From assembly GCA_010093705.1 (NCBI GenBank), contig MU006099.1, positions 1 to 64,000 on the forward strand: DNA of 64,000 bases. Direction: 5' to 3'. This document shows, piece after piece, positions 14,070-27,253 of this stretch. Below the pieces are notes generated by a model. That model was not told where the DNA came from. It was given only the letters and a program-made list of their open reading frames with translations, and searched no databases. Source of the DNA: Patellaria atrata CBS 101060. Lineage: Eukaryota. Positions within the stretch are counted from its first letter, which is position 1. Every line of letters starts with the position of its first letter. The position numbers and the translations under genes are program-made.

Positions 14070-16966
14070 ATGCATCAGCTCCCTCGTCATAGGAGGACAA
14101 CGTCCTCAGCGACCTCACCGCAGACGAACCCACTGAGAACGAATAATCAACGGGATAACCTGGTTGATCGCACAAGATCTAATATGGATGCATATACAAG
14201 TGACCGACTCCAAAGAGACGATGATTTGGAAGACAAGGAGACATCCGAACAGAAGGTCGCTGCTCAAGCGAGGAACGACAGTAAGCTGAATCAAATAATT
14301 CAGGTGTGTACTTCCTATTTATGCGTTCGATGTTTCGTTTCTAACCTAACGCTGCAGCAATTTTTCGTGAAAAGTACCTTGACCATAGTGTCATCTCGAA
14401 CCGTTTTGCCTCAGAGCCTCAACCGAGCTGGTGAGGTAAGGCAGAACAAATGGGTAAGGACTATAAATTTTCTCCGAAAAGACATTCCGTTTTGAGTTCA
14501 GCGAAGGAAAGCTAATTACCTTCCCAGTTCAACGTCGTCTTAGATGATACCGATGTTCTTGTCGAGCCACTGATAGATTGGCGGTCAAACAATGTCCTCG
14601 AACGCAGACCGTCGCCGCTTATTATCGAGATTTATTTGAATACCGCAGAGCTTAAAGCGAACCAGACGTTATGCATTACGGATGATGACGGAAAACGTTT
14701 CGACGTTCAAGAAGCCTTGGAGCCGCCAACAGAACCGTCTGGGAGATCTGGTCTCCAGACTCTAAAACCGACGCAGATAATATTAGAACGGTGGTTGGTC
14801 GAAGTTGGTGAAGAACCTTCGTCTTTGCCAGCTGAGATGGATAATTATCTCCCGAATGTCTATAAGAAAGGCGTAGTGCTATTTCGGTCCCTTTATACGT
14901 ATGCTAGATTACTTCCCGCTTGGAAATTCTGGAGGAGAATAGCAAAACATCCTGCTAATCATCCCTCGCTTAAACCTCGTTATCGTATAATTAATGGGGA
15001 TTTCAGGAATCCTAGGAGAGACACTTTGGATGCACCCCTCTATACCCATGAGGAACCGGTAACAGCAAATTATCAATTCGCACCCTCCAGTTCTCCTGTT
15101 GGGCCGTTGCGCATATCGGTCACATACCGTGTAAATTGCGACTTCCAAGTCGATGATTCCGAGTCATTACTAAGCTCCCACCTCATGGGAGCTGATGAAG
15201 ACTTCTTTAAACCCTCACTGCACTCAGGAAGAACGCAAAATCAACGAGCACCCCATCCCGGGTCTCTACCCGTAATGGAAGGCATTTACAGCGAACAGGG
15301 CCGTCCTGACCCTAGTCAAGCATATGGAAGCATGTCGACATTCCACCAGGTGGGACCGCAGACGAGTACTAGTCCCATCTCAACCCTCAGAGCTGCTCGA
15401 GATCTACTCCCAGAATCGCCAATCGAGTCACCACCACAGAAGATTCCGCCGAATCATCGTACTGCTCTAGGTTCGAAGTCATCCATGCGATCAGGGGAAG
15501 GTGGCGTCCCGTTACAGCGGCGAACGTCCGTATCGTTCCAAGGCTTCAAGGCAGGCTCCTTATCATCCTCACCGGCACCAGGGGGGCAGGTCCCGCCATC
15601 ACCAAGTAGCTCATTGGGACGAACCTCGAACCCAGCCTCGTTAACTCATACGCGTAATAGAAGCTCTCTGAATGCACTTCCACAAGCTGCATTACGGACA
15701 CCAGGATTGCCGAATGAAACTGCGATTGCTTCTTCGGCATCGAGCTCACCAAAGCCCGCGCCTATAACACGTTATAGTAGCAGTTTTGCTAATAGAAAAA
15801 GCAGGCTATCGTCTGGTGGTGCTAGCAAGACGGAAGACGATAAACCTAGCAGTGGTAAGGCCAGTTTGGCTTCGTCTGCTCAGCAAGGTTCCGTGGAAGG
15901 CGAAGGTGCCAGCTCTGGTTCTATTCAAACCGATGATGATAATATTTCCGACTTCTTGAAACTACTGGAGCAAAAGAAGGAGTTGAAGAGTTTCACTCGT
16001 AATGATACCGCATCACGTGACGCCTCGATGAGGAAGACAACAGCAGCGCTTTCAAAATATCATAGGATGAGGGATTCCCATGCAGCCTTGTCCGATTCTA
16101 TGTCCTCTTCGTTGCTCCTGCACAGGTCGTCGACTTCGTCAAGCCGCCAGTTATCCAGTGTACCGCCGATGATTGCTGGGACTTCTGTATCAACCTCCTC
16201 TTCTCCTGGGAAGCCCATATCCCCACATACGCCTCATACGCCAGCAATCCCGTCCAGGTTGAGTGCAAATAGTATTATAGATTACTCGGAGCCTCACCGT
16301 AGCCGTAGTAGACCTCGTGGTTCCATTCGCCGTGATGAGGAACCCACTGTAACATCGGGTTCTGACGATACAGCTCCCCGTGAGCAGGGAACCACTGCGA
16401 TAGATATCCCAACTTCACCACGTCCATGGCCATTTGTTCGACGATCTAGCTCTGTTGCCCAAAAGCATCGAAACGTGGAGGAGGACAATAATCTCTTCAA
16501 CATGCGTAGCACCAGTCTTCCAGCAGATGACAGAGGCGAGCTCAGCTTAAGTGAACTATTGTTAGCTCAGGATGCTCACTCTTCTCAAGTTGAGGCACAA
16601 ATTGATACAACAGATGACCGTGACGCTCCTGTTGATCGGGCTTCTGAGGGAACAATGAGTCGACCCGATTCTCGCGATGATCCTGGGAGGCGAGGCGCTT
16701 CCTTTTCCCCTAGAGACACCCTTCCACGCGGCGGCTATCGTGTTGGTACGCTTCGTAGGGGTCCTTCTTCTGCTCATGGCTCTTCTACTAGCCTTGCCTC
16801 CCGAAGATATAGTTCCAGTCGTCCCTCCGCTGTCGAAGACGACGAGCCCCTGCTATTTACCATGAGTGACTTCGGTAGCCAATCCCGCCGGAGTCTCGAG
16901 GATGGTAGAGGTGGGTCTAGTGCAGGTGCGGGTGATCGCCGCAGAGGAGGTTCGCCATATCACTAG
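14070..16966 (+). CDS. ATG13: Autophagy protein Atg13; introns 14304-14357 and 14454-14527
   Basis: HORMA-domain motifs KLNQIIQ|QFF, NKW|FNV, IILERW, VYKKGVVLFRSLYTYARLLPAW and ISVTYRVNCDF. Ser-rich tail with DDDNISDFLK, PHTPHTPAIPSRLS and DDEPLLFTMS. Confidence 0.95.
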
Positions 16967-17549
16967 AGGACGGGGTTGAACTCGAGATTCAACCTTGAGT
17001 GAACAATGTTATTGCAATTCTAAACGATGTATTTCGTGAATACAGTTGGCACTACAGCCCCTCTAACCGTTATTTCACTCGCAACTTTGTGTTTCCTTGG
17101 TCTCGACCTCTGTGTCCCATTATTTTTTCTTTACGCTTAGTTTCTTCATTTCATTACCCATCTACAGTTCATTAGCATGCGTGGCGTTTCGAAACTGTCT
17201 ATACTTTCTTCTCATGCTTTCCTTCTACACCATGAGCTCTTTTGTGAGAGCCTTGGGTTACTGTCCGACATCTATTGTAGCGCTGGGGATCTGGGTAGAT
17301 AAGGCGCCTCGGCCTTAAGACTCTCGATATCCATTGTTTTCTTTCTTCCGCGCAGTATGAATCTTTAGGTAACCGGGGTTCTCCGGTGCTCTTGTTGGTA
17401 ACGGCTCACATACGGTTGGTGGATATAGCGGAGTTGTGGATTTTCTCGCGGATAGAACTGGAGGCTCGGCTGGGCTGGAGGTACAGGCTTCGGTATCAAT
17501 CGAAATAAACTAAATCATTTCTCAGACCGATTCTTTGTGTATGGGTGCT

Positions 17550-18738
17550 GGTTGTCAGAGTGCTATTGGAAAAGGTGATGATTACCTCGGTGGGCGTCCT
17601 CGATCTCCGTCGAGAACGGAGTTCGGATTCGCTTGACCGCTGCTGATATTCAACGAAAAAACCTTTAAGGTCGACTGCCGCTCACTATCCATCCACCACC
17701 CAACGGCAACACGTCTTCGCAACTTCTACGTCCTCTATCATCCTGTCTCTCGCACCCTCATTGCTTCTTTGGCTTACCCATCCTTTGTCTCTCATTGTTT
17801 CGATGGCCTTCCATCCGCCGACTGTTGATCGATCGAGGTGCCCGCTCTCTTCCGAACAATGCCCTTGTCTCCCAGTTTTGTGCGGCAGTGACGTGATTGA
17901 TCTATGCCGTCTCAGTGTGTCTCTTTGATGCTCGTATTCCTCAGACCTGATGGTCCAGACCGCCTACGTCGCCGCGGCGCGGTTTTGCAGAGGCTTGTTT
18001 ATTCTTCGCCCACGAAGGCGTCATCTCTGTTTCTACATTCGTATCTTCTCGGGTCGTTTGAAGCATTCTTGGAATCAGTTAGTCTTCTATTCTCTCGCCA
18101 GCGCTCCTTCCGCCGACGTCAGTGACCGAGGCGGGTAGCCGCTCTCCTCCGAGCCCTCTGCGGTAGTGACTCCAACTAATCCATAACATCTGTCTCCAGC
18201 ACCATGTGCGTCTCTCAGACATGAAAACTCTTCTGGCGAGTTGATCTGGCCCGTTCACTACGCGCGGCCTCGAAATTCCGACGTCCTTTGCTCTCCAACC
18301 TTGAAGACATCTTCCTACTTGCGGGAACCGGATTTGCTTGGTGTTTTTCAAAGCATTCTCGGTATCATCCAGCTTCTCTACTCTGTGATCTTTCTTAGCG
18401 GTAATCTTTGCTCACAATCATTCCTCTAGCGCTCACTCTCTCTGTCAAGCTCTCGGCGTCTCATCCGGCGAATATTGCATCCTCCGAGGTGTACCGCACA
18501 GGTCTCCCTCGCAGAACGTCCGTTCACACCCTCATTACATAGTCGAAACACTACAGTCATATTTCGAACTTACAAGCTCTATTGCCTTGTCTTCATACTC
18601 AGTCAATCTTCCTCTAGAGTCATGTCAGATGGGATTCTTTGTGCGAGTCTCGTATTCCTCCGTCAGTCGCCGCTTCAGTGGAGCGTTGTTCTTTCTACCG
18701 GACCCTGACTATTTCTTCGTCAATCTCTTATAAGGCAT
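17550..18738 (-). pseudogene. Possible decayed orphan gene with charged, coiled-coil-like composition
   Basis: From ATG 18738 the minus strand reads MPYKRLTKK*SGSGRKNNAPLKRRLTEEYETRTKNPI*HDSRGRLTEYEDKAIEL, then a GTAAGT donor. Purine-rich strand bias continues to about 17.5 kb. Confidence 0.25.
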
Positions 18739-19118
18739 TGAAGCCGATCCTCAAAGCATAGTCTTCCATATCTTCATTTCTTCTTTACAAACATTCCCAT
18801 CTTAAAAGTCTCAAGAGTTCCACGGTATATTCGGACATTTGTTGGTATTTACGCACCGTCTATTCGTCGAGTCTAAGACCCATGTCTGGGTCAACATTGC
18901 GTCAACCTCTGTCTATTATAGCGCTTTTTAATATGTTCTCTTCATAAAATCAGTCATCTGCTCACTAAGTCTGAGTCTCATCTCCCCCTTAATCTCATCT
19001 GTTGCGTAGTTTCATCTCTATATCATAACTCCGCGCACATACTCTACTTGGCTCTTCAAGTGGCATTTTTATTGCTACACTATGTTCTTCCTCTTATCGT
19101 CTATTATAAGTGCTATAT

Positions 19119-19402
19119 TGTTAGATGGTGGAGCTGTTGGAGTATTGGTCCTACCGGCGGCGACCAGGGCTAACGAGCTACTCGCTTATGTGGTATCAGC
19201 GTAACCAGGGTTACTAATCTGATACAGTACTATCTTTTAGTGCTTACTGTTGGTATCCATATTTGCTGTTTTCTAAGACATAGATTTCATACGGTTCCGT
19301 CCGTTTTGTTACACACCTGCAGTATATAACAGCTAGATAAAGCCACTCTTTTGAGAATCAAGCGATATAGTCGGTGCACCTGCAGATCCAGTTTATCTAA
19401 CA
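19119..19402 (+). mobile_element. Solo LTR, family A
   Basis: TGTTAGATGG...TTTATCTAACA. Diverged homolog (reverse complement) of 27546-27830 and 48524-48802. Confidence 0.85.
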
Positions 19403-19515
19403 GTATCAGACCTGACTAAGCACTCAGTCGGGTATATATACTTGTCCCCCTCCAGTTCCTCTCACAGATAAGACATCAACTCTACACTTCACTTCACACA
19501 CTCATACTTTCCAAT
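19403..19515 (+). mobile_element. LTR fragment of the copia family found at 41.7-46.9 kb
   Basis: ACCTGACTAAGCACTCAGTCGGGTATATAT and the following sequence match the reverse complement of about 46770-46862. Confidence 0.75.
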
Positions 19516-20218
19516 ATTATTCTTTATTTCTCAAGTTGTGCTGCTTTATTAAATTAGGAACTGCGTCTTGCTGTGGATGTTGTCTCAAGACCTTATCAAT
19601 CTAATCTCCCCCTTTTCCATCTCAAACCCTTTTCCAACGTCACATGAAGTCATTAGTCATTTCTTCCATATTTTGTCCTTCCACAACAGCACGTTTGTTT
19701 TTATTATTTTTGTTAAGTTGTCTCTTTAGTTCGTTCAAACTTATTAAATTCATTCCACGTGCTTAGTTTCTTATCGTCAACTACCTCATAGCTCAGCTGC
19801 CGCTGGGTTAATACTCATTTGACATGGGATTTCTTATCACTGAACCAATAAGGCCTCACTTGAAATTCAGTTAGACTTATGTTTTGCAGCTGAAGTCTCA
19901 AGAACTGAATTATACTCACTTCGCATCACGAGTCTTTCATCGTCAAGTGTTTGAAGTTCACCTAACGCTCACTCGACACCCTCACTTGGCGTTATCAGTC
20001 CCGTCTATCCTAATGGCCTTCATTTGAGCTCCTGACATACAATCCTTCACCCAATTGCTGCACTACCCGCCCCTTCCAACCATCCGCACCCCTCCGCAGC
20101 TACGAGGCAGATTTTACTGCCGCGGTAAGCTATTATTCCTGTGCGTACGTGTTAGTATCTCGCTTAGTTTTTCACACTACTTTTTCGACATTCTTTCGCG
20201 TCCCTCCATCTTCCTTTC

Positions 20219-20300
20219 TTCCACATCATCCACAGCATCATCCACAACATCATCCATAACATCATCCACAACACCATCCACAGCACCATCCACAGCATCA
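20219..20300 (+). repeat. 12-bp minisatellite, (CATCATCCACAG)-like, about 6-7 copies
   Basis: Direct tandem units visible in the sequence. They generate the spurious MMLW-repeat ORF on the minus strand. Confidence 0.8.
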
Positions 20301-20606
20301 TTTTCATCTCCACCTCTGCACCACAAAATCTGTAGGTCCAAACCCGCCTACATTCCCCTTGCAACGGCTTCAGATTGCTGCTCCATTGTCCTTATCTACG
20401 TTGTCTTTCTCTTGTTACCGCTAGCACTGCTTTGGCTCTGTATGCTTGCTTTACAGACAACTGCACACTATTGAGTTCGTTGATTTTAAGATCCTTGCGT
20501 ATTCGTATAGCACACGTACAGTTTCCTTTGAATGCCACAGCATAGCAGCAATATTATGCAGCCAGCTTGCTAACTACCTGATTTTGTAGTACAAAATTCA
20601 ATCACT

Positions 20607-20861
20607 ATGGCGCATGAACGAGGGAGATCGGAAAGTCCAAAACGAGATGACAAATACGTGAGCTCGGTGATCCCACCCTGTCCTTGAGCAGGTGTATACT
20701 AACTTAATATATAGAAGATCATACGCACCTCCGTCTCCGCCCCTCCACCCTCAACTCGTGAGCGTACCATAGACGAGTCATTTAGTACGCTCAATAGTGT
20801 CCTTTGCGCCCTGGAACTTCGGTTCCAAGCTCTTGCAGAGATAGTTTGTGCGAAGGATTAA
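20607..20861 (+). CDS. Small orphan protein of about 65 aa; intron 20658-20714
   Basis: MAHERGRSESPKRDDKY|KIIRTSVSAPPPSTRERTIDESFSTLNSVLCALELRFQALAEIVCAKD*. Canonical GTGAGC...CTAAC...TAG intron in phase 0. Not in the supplied ORF track. Confidence 0.45.
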
Positions 20862-21953
20862 GAGCTAAAGAAGCTCAGGTTTAGATGAGGATAGGGGGTG
20901 ATGCGGTATGATTTGCTGCGCGTGTTGGGACATATTATAGATGAGAGTCTCTCTGGACACCATAGAGATGCCCGATGAATATTCTGTCTTTCCTGTATAT
21001 AAAATAAATTCTCTTCTTTAAAGAGATTAAGTTATGATTGATGCTCCTTTATAGTAATACAACTCTTTTCTCTTCCATTAATACTTTAAGCTCCCACTAT
21101 GCTATAGTCCCTACCTTGATATGATTTCAATGAATCTACTACTATATCCTTGCCCCATCGACAACGTCGTATCGTCCAGATTGTCTCCTGGTCACATCGT
21201 ACTTCTCAATGGAGCATAAGTAGGACTACATCTTGTTGCTGTGGTATGGACAGCTAGCAGTAAGACGAGAACGGAGGGTTTAGTATTCATAGGGTGATCG
21301 TGGCAGGTTTTCAAAGATCAACCATGGAACCTCTTTGCATCAACTTAAGAAAGATTTAAGGTAGTTGAAAACTATCAAGAGACTGTCACTCTTTTGTCTG
21401 CTGCCAAATTGATAGTTGTTCAATGTAGATTACTCCAATGTCATGATAGTTCTTCTATGCGGGAGCCCCATTGAGCTCTAGTATGATAAAGTAACAGCTG
21501 CTCAGCAGTAATATACGGTTTTAAAATTCGGTAAAGCAAATTGTATCGTTGATTCGCACCCGGCCCGCTTGCTTAATCCACGGTTATTATTGGGTCCATG
21601 ACCACAGAACTCTGGCATATTTATTGAGGTATCGTGACCTACCTAATCAAGCTTAGTTTAATGGTTTTTGATCTCCCCTGTTTTATTCCCTTCCACCAAC
21701 ATCAAGTCCTCCCTCTCTATCTCCCCTTACCCTTCTTTTTCTCTTCCACCTAGAAAATTTTGCACCGCGAAGCGTAGGTTTGAAACTTCCCTCACCTTTC
21801 CTTTGGATCTCCCCCACTGATACTAATTTCAGTAGATAAATCACCTTCAAGCTCTCCCAAGATGACCTCAAACAGTCAACCGGAGTGGTCGCAATATCTA
21901 GATGCCCTGCTACACGAGGGATCACCGATAAGGTTCGCTAGCAATGAGGCCCT

Positions 21954-22700
21954 TTGTGTCTTTCGCATGTTACCACTCTACGATGTGTGATCGAGTGTAG
22001 CTCTAAACTCGACAACATTGCACACTTTGTTCCATTCGCAGGAATCACCTCGGTAACCTGGGCTGGACATATAATCGCTCGCACTCTCTTCGTGTTACTT
22101 CACCCAACTTCCAGAGCCACCTTGGCACAGAACCAGCTTCCTCTCGTTCATCTGAGTACATGGGTTTTGACGCATATGTACGGGCAACGTTTGTTCAGTA
22201 TCATCCGAGACACGTCTCCAGCTGCTGCTTCATTCCTTGGACCAATGCTAGGGCATAGGGACTATCGAGTAGCGAGAGAGGTCGTACGGTTATTCGAAAG
22301 CATTCGCATTATGAGAGGAGACGGACAACAAATGCGTATAGATCCACTGGACCGACTGGTACAACAAGCTTCGTATGTTACACAGCAAACCTTGTTTTAC
22401 TCTCCAGCAGACCCAATTTCTACAGCAGCTACACTACAAGGAAGTGTAAGTCCTCACCATTCGCATGAACTTAGATTCTTGCTAACCCTCCGTCGTAAAG
22501 CCGAGCAGGATTTCAGCCACAAATCCCGAGAATGAACGTCCTGCTCGCCACCAATATGTGACTACTACGCAATTCCGCACTGTCCCTATTACCCACTCTC
22601 CAGAATCTCATTTTGGACCTTTTTTAGACATTCCCCCACATCCATTTGTTGCTTGTGGATTCTTTCCTGATCACAACCCATCAGACTGCCGCGAATGATG
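21954..22700 (+). CDS. Orphan gene or remnant, structure unresolved
   Basis: 193-codon ORF with intron-like signals (GTATGT near 22373; GTAAGT near 22446 followed by GCTAAC). No recognisable family. Confidence 0.25.
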
Positions 22701-23571
22701 TCCCTAAACAACTCTATAGCTTCTACGACGTGTTCAATAGCTCCATTAGGGGGTTCAAAGGGGTATGTTGGACTAGGGTAACTGGGAATAGTGGGGGATT
22801 ATTCGATCCGTCTCTGTTAAATTCAATTAAGGGGGAATAGAGTGGCTCCTTACTAGTCAGATTAAGCTTGGTATCAAAAGCATAATTCTGTTTATTCATA
22901 GATGTTCGCCTTGTGCATTCTCTCTTGTGGCTGTTTGGTCCTACTCTAAATACGATGTGATCGGTATTCCAGTTGAAAATCTTTGAACCCGGTCCAGCTG
23001 TTGCAGATAAGGAACCTAGAGACCTAGAAGATTATTTCGTAGGGTCTACAGAGAAGATGATATTGGTATTTTACTTTAACAATATATTTGTATTGATTTA
23101 GAAAATGGCAGTATGGCACGATTGTGGTTGTGGTCTACGTGGTACTGTACATGATGGTATGAACAAGGAGGTTGCAGCGACGTTGAATTAGAGTTTAGCA
23201 GATAATACTATAGCAGTAGTCTGATTACACGTTTTTTGGTTTACGTTTCTCTCACTAGTTACTGAATAAACACAATTGTCCATCCTCAAAGCCCATTGTT
23301 GCAGGTAATGGATTGTGGATTGCTCTATCTACAGTTTACAAACTTCATCTAAGAAGTGTACAAAAATGGTGAACCACCTATTGTTTCAGTATCTCGATAT
23401 ACTGCAATACTATATGGTGAAAAGCGCTTGATCTCACTAAATAAATAATTTGACCTAGATTTAATTGAACTAATTGTTTGTTGAAGCTTTTACACAGCAC
23501 ACGACCTCCCAAAGCTGCACTAAACGCCCACATGCTGTGCAGTATTCTATATTACACCTAATTAGGGTTAG

Positions 23572-24518
23572 TGTTACGGCCACAGGACAGAAAGACAGCA
23601 TCACCAGTAGAACGGTAGCACAAGGTGCCGGAACGGGACAACTAACACGGAGGTCACGTGACGTGATCGATGGTCAACGGTGCTCGAAGGGTATTGAGCA
23701 TAGAGCAGACTCGAGCAAACGTGATCGATGGTCAACGGTGCTCGAAGGGTATTGANNNNNNNNNNNNNNNNNNNNNNNNNNNNNNNNNNNNNNNNNNNNN
23801 NNNNNNNNNNNNNNNNNNNNNNNNNNNNNNNNNNNNNNNNNNNNNNNNNNNNNNNGGTCAACGGTGCTCGAAGGGTATTGAGCATAGAGCAGACTCGAGC
23901 AAACGTGATCGATGGTCAACGGTGCTCGAAGGGTATTGAGCATAGAGCAGGTTGAACACCACCAAATTGACTATAGAGGATAGGAATATTTAAGGACGGT
24001 CTTTCCCTCATGTATTTAGATTCTTCGTAGTTATTCTTACCATCAATCTTACCATCAATCTTACCCATAGATTTGGATGTTACGGTTTTGAACTTGACTT
24101 CACTTGTTACGCTGTTTCCATACAGTACGTCTTGTCTCATTGTGAGCATTACCTGAAGTCAAGGAGTCAGCAAGTTGCTCCGCCAACTTGAAGTGCCGTT
24201 GTTATACGTATCCTATCACTTTGCCAAACCTACCTTTGTGGTTGACCACGTTAAGTGAGAAGCCAGGCGCGTTTCTAGACTTATCCAGCTCCGTCTTGAT
24301 AAGTATAGACTCCCGTTGTAACANNNNNNNNNNNNNNNNNNNNNNNNNNNNNNNNNNNNNNNNNNNNNNNNNNNNNNNNNNNNNNNNNNNNNNNNNNNNN
24401 NNNNNNNNNNNNNNNNNNNNNNNCCTACCTTTGTGGTTGACCACGTTAAGTGAGAAGCCAGGCGCGTTTCTAGACTTATCCAGCTCCGTCTTGATAAGTA
24501 TAGACTCCCGTTGTAACA
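23572..24518 (+). mobile_element. Solo LTR, family F, with a 58-bp internal repeat; length inflated by two N gaps
   Basis: TGTTAC...GTAACA termini with perfect TSD GTTAG (23567-23571 and 24519-24523). Sequence is duplicated on both sides of each 100-N gap. Confidence 0.85.
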
Positions 24519-24744
24519 GTTAGCCCAAAGGTCTGCTGATGCATTTGATATTTCTTCGTCCGCCTTTGCCCACACAACATCTTCTGCATTCTCTTTTCTG
24601 CCCACATGTTCCGAAAAGGATCGCCGTAGACTATACTTCTTATCAACTGGTAAGTTTGATCTTGTGTTTGCTGCTTTTCCAATCATCATCCCAATTTCAA
24701 GCTAAGACACTCTTCAGAGCTAGATTATCAACAAGTCCTGAAAT

Positions 24745-25593
24745 ATGGCCTCTTACAACATTACCGAGTCTGCACACCAGGTAAATCGCACTCCTTCCCG
24801 ACTTCCATCGATTGCTGATTCTCTTATACAGGAGGACACTAAGAGTGCGTCCCCAGCTCCATTGAACTGGACTATAGCTTTCGGTGCCTTGACTTTCACA
24901 CGCGGTCTCGAGGAGTCATATAACTACCTCGCTGAACTTTCTCCTCCGCCTGCCTCTCCTATCTCTCCCCAGCTTCCTCCAAGTCATGCTGCACTCGAGG
25001 GGATGCAACAAGATTACGAAGGGCCCTCAGCGCCCATTCAACCTGGTCTAGCCCTCGGTAGTTCTGGAACTCCTTCTGCAGACCACCACAGCTCCCCCCA
25101 AAATGGGGTCCTAGCGTCGTATCCAAATAGTCCTCCATCATCTGGACCAGAATACAATCCTTGTGGTCTATCAGTCACCCCAGTGGGCATAGCCCAAACT
25201 GTCATTCCTCCACCGGTTCCGTTTTGGTCCCCCTCTGGTCCTTCACCGTACGATCTAGAATACCAGCGGTTTTTTGGATATCCCCCTATTCCTCAACCTC
25301 ATCCGGAATACCAACAGCCGTTTGGATTCCCTTCTGTTCCCGGCGCTAAAACACATACGTTATTACATCAACCGTGCCCTCTTCCCGCCCCACCATACCC
25401 TTTCGCCCCCGATCCACCACTCCCCCCAGACAAAATCGATGAGATGATTGTACTCAAGGCCAGAATCGAGCATCTGGAAATAGCAATGAGGAGGTATGGT
25501 ATTGTCATCGATAATCTTGAAGCAGAGAGGGAATGGTTACTTATGGAGAACATGAACCTCCATCATGAGCTTGCGTGGTGGATGTTTCGATGA
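24745..25593 (+). CDS. Orphan proline-rich protein with C-terminal coiled coil
   Basis: Intact 282-aa ORF with good start context (GAAATATGG). Heptad pattern LKARIEHLEIAMRRYGIVIDNLEAEREWLLMENMNL. Confidence 0.55.
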   Translation: MASYNITESAHQVNRTPSRLPSIADSLIQEDTKSASPAPLNWTIAFGALTFTRGLEESYNYLAELSPPPASPISPQLPPSHAALEGMQQDYEGPSAPIQPGLALGSSGTPSADHHSSPQNGVLASYPNSPPSSGPEYNPCGLSVTPVGIAQTVIPPPVPFWSPSGPSPYDLEYQRFFGYPPIPQPHPEYQQPFGFPSVPGAKTHTLLHQPCPLPAPPYPFAPDPPLPPDKIDEMIVLKARIEHLEIAMRRYGIVIDNLEAEREWLLMENMNLHHELAWWMFR

Positions 25594-26023
25594 ACGGTCA
25601 TTTTAATCGGTGACACCCTCCATGAGAATTAGTATGGAAACCTCGCTATTTGCGCTCAGATTTGGCATGTTAGAGTTCGGGGTGCTAAGGACAGAGTTCA
25701 TGGGTAGATTTCTATGTCTAGGATTGGATAAGGGTGTCACACGAAGGGTTACCTTCTGATGGCTTGCTATACTTGTTGTTATGGAAGAATATACTGAGGT
25801 CTAAAAGCTTTTCAAAACTGGTAATTGACATCAGGGTCTCATTTGGGGATTAATGAAATAGTGTTCTGAGGAGCTATATCCTCGAATCATATCTTAACTT
25901 CTTGACATTGATCAAGTGATTAACTGTCCATAAATTTGCTTTTGACTCAGTCTAGTAGCTTTTGGACATCCGAAATCTAACTATCTATTTGCGTCTAGAC
26001 ACTTAATGCGGGGTATATGCTGC

Positions 26024-26292
26024 TGTTGAAGTATGGGTCCCCTTGTTAGACTGAAGATCTTGGTGGAAAGGATAATCAAGTATATCTCCTACTGCCTTAC
26101 GCTAGTTATTAGCATCATTCCTTTAAAACAGCTGCCTAGTAGGTATCAACGCTGTTGCCTGCATGTTCTCAGTTGCCTAGTAGGTATAAACGCTGTTACC
26201 TGCATGTTCTCATGTATTTAAACGCTCTTTAGAACAGTCATTAAACAAGCGAGCGATTATCTTGATCATTTTCAGCACCCTTACGTCTGACA
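26024..26292 (+). mobile_element. Solo LTR, family B
   Basis: TGTTGAAG...TCTGACA with perfect TSD GCTGC. A second copy lies at 27831-28516. Confidence 0.92.
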
Positions 26293-26803
26293 GCTGCGCT
26301 TTGTGGCCTGTTAACCGAGATTGTATGGAGGGTTTTATGATGATCTGCTTATATATAGAGATTTTACAATCTTTTATGAAGCCAAAGTGTTTAATAACAT
26401 CTTCCAGGCATCATAATAACATCCGGTGTGCGGGCGGAAGCTTTGTGGTGTCTAATAGTATCTAATCTAGTTAAATCCCACACCCGCTCTACACTTTCTA
26501 TGTTCTCCACTACTCTCCTCAACATCTCAAAGTCCTTTGCGTGGGCCCCATTTATTATCAATTCTGTAGATAAAATCATCTCATGTTTGCTGTTCTTGGA
26601 CAAATAGTCTATACCAATTGCTAAGCCGGAGCTCAAAGCAATTTACATCGCTCAGACTTCATCTGTTCATGAGCGCTCCCCGGAGACCCAACATCAACTA
26701 CACTATTATCAAATAATGCACTACATTCAAGTTATGATCCGTAAATGTGAATTGAAGTTCCACCACATCCTCTGGACCAGTGCTGAGTTTTGTCTCGTTA
26801 ATC

Positions 26804-27253
26804 TTTTTTTTTTTTTAAATCCATTGCATTGCATTATCTACAATACTGCGCATGCAGCCTCTAGTGCTATGGCGCTGCTCTTCTATTCACATCAATCCCT
26901 ATCCTAGGGCAATAATATGTCTAGTAAGAGTGTCTGAGGAGTGAAACTCTCCAGTTGTCCAAACTTTGCAGTCTGATAAAATCCACACAGGTATGAGCTA
27001 AGGTAGTAGATAGAAGGGTAAGAGTGTTCATTGATTGTCAACTATCTGGAGTGGGTGCCTGTGCTATCTTATAGTATTGCCTGCTCAACCATCTCACTTA
27101 TCCTGGTCCCCAACCATCTGATATCCAGCCATCTGATATCCAGCCACCTTGCGTGACCCTCAATTTCACCGCAGTCCAAGTCAAGCTTTTAGAAAAAGTG
27201 AACCAACTCCACTGTATCCTTTGCTCCTCAATTCCCTGCATTATATTTCAATC
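26804..27253 (-). mobile_element. LINE (Tad1-like) 3' end with poly(A), interrupted by LTR family E
   Basis: A T-run at 26804-26816 is followed by the 3' UTR motif shared with 40064, 46868 and 48271. The sequence is colinear with 48271-48450. Confidence 0.8.
26977..27168 (+). mobile_element. Solo LTR, family E
   Basis: T(G>A)AAAT...ATTTCA termini. The left part recurs at 41336-41483 and the right part recurs inverted at 28977-29023. No TSD. Confidence 0.7.

Noticed and set aside
23661..23950. 58-bp direct repeats resembling a CRISPR-like array
   Set aside because: Units are contiguous with no unique spacers, lie inside a solo LTR of a eukaryote, and are partly duplicated across a 100-N scaffold gap.
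24229..24518. Apparent tandem duplication of the LTR F 3' end
   Set aside because: Identical sequence on both sides of a 100-N gap is most simply an unmerged contig overlap.
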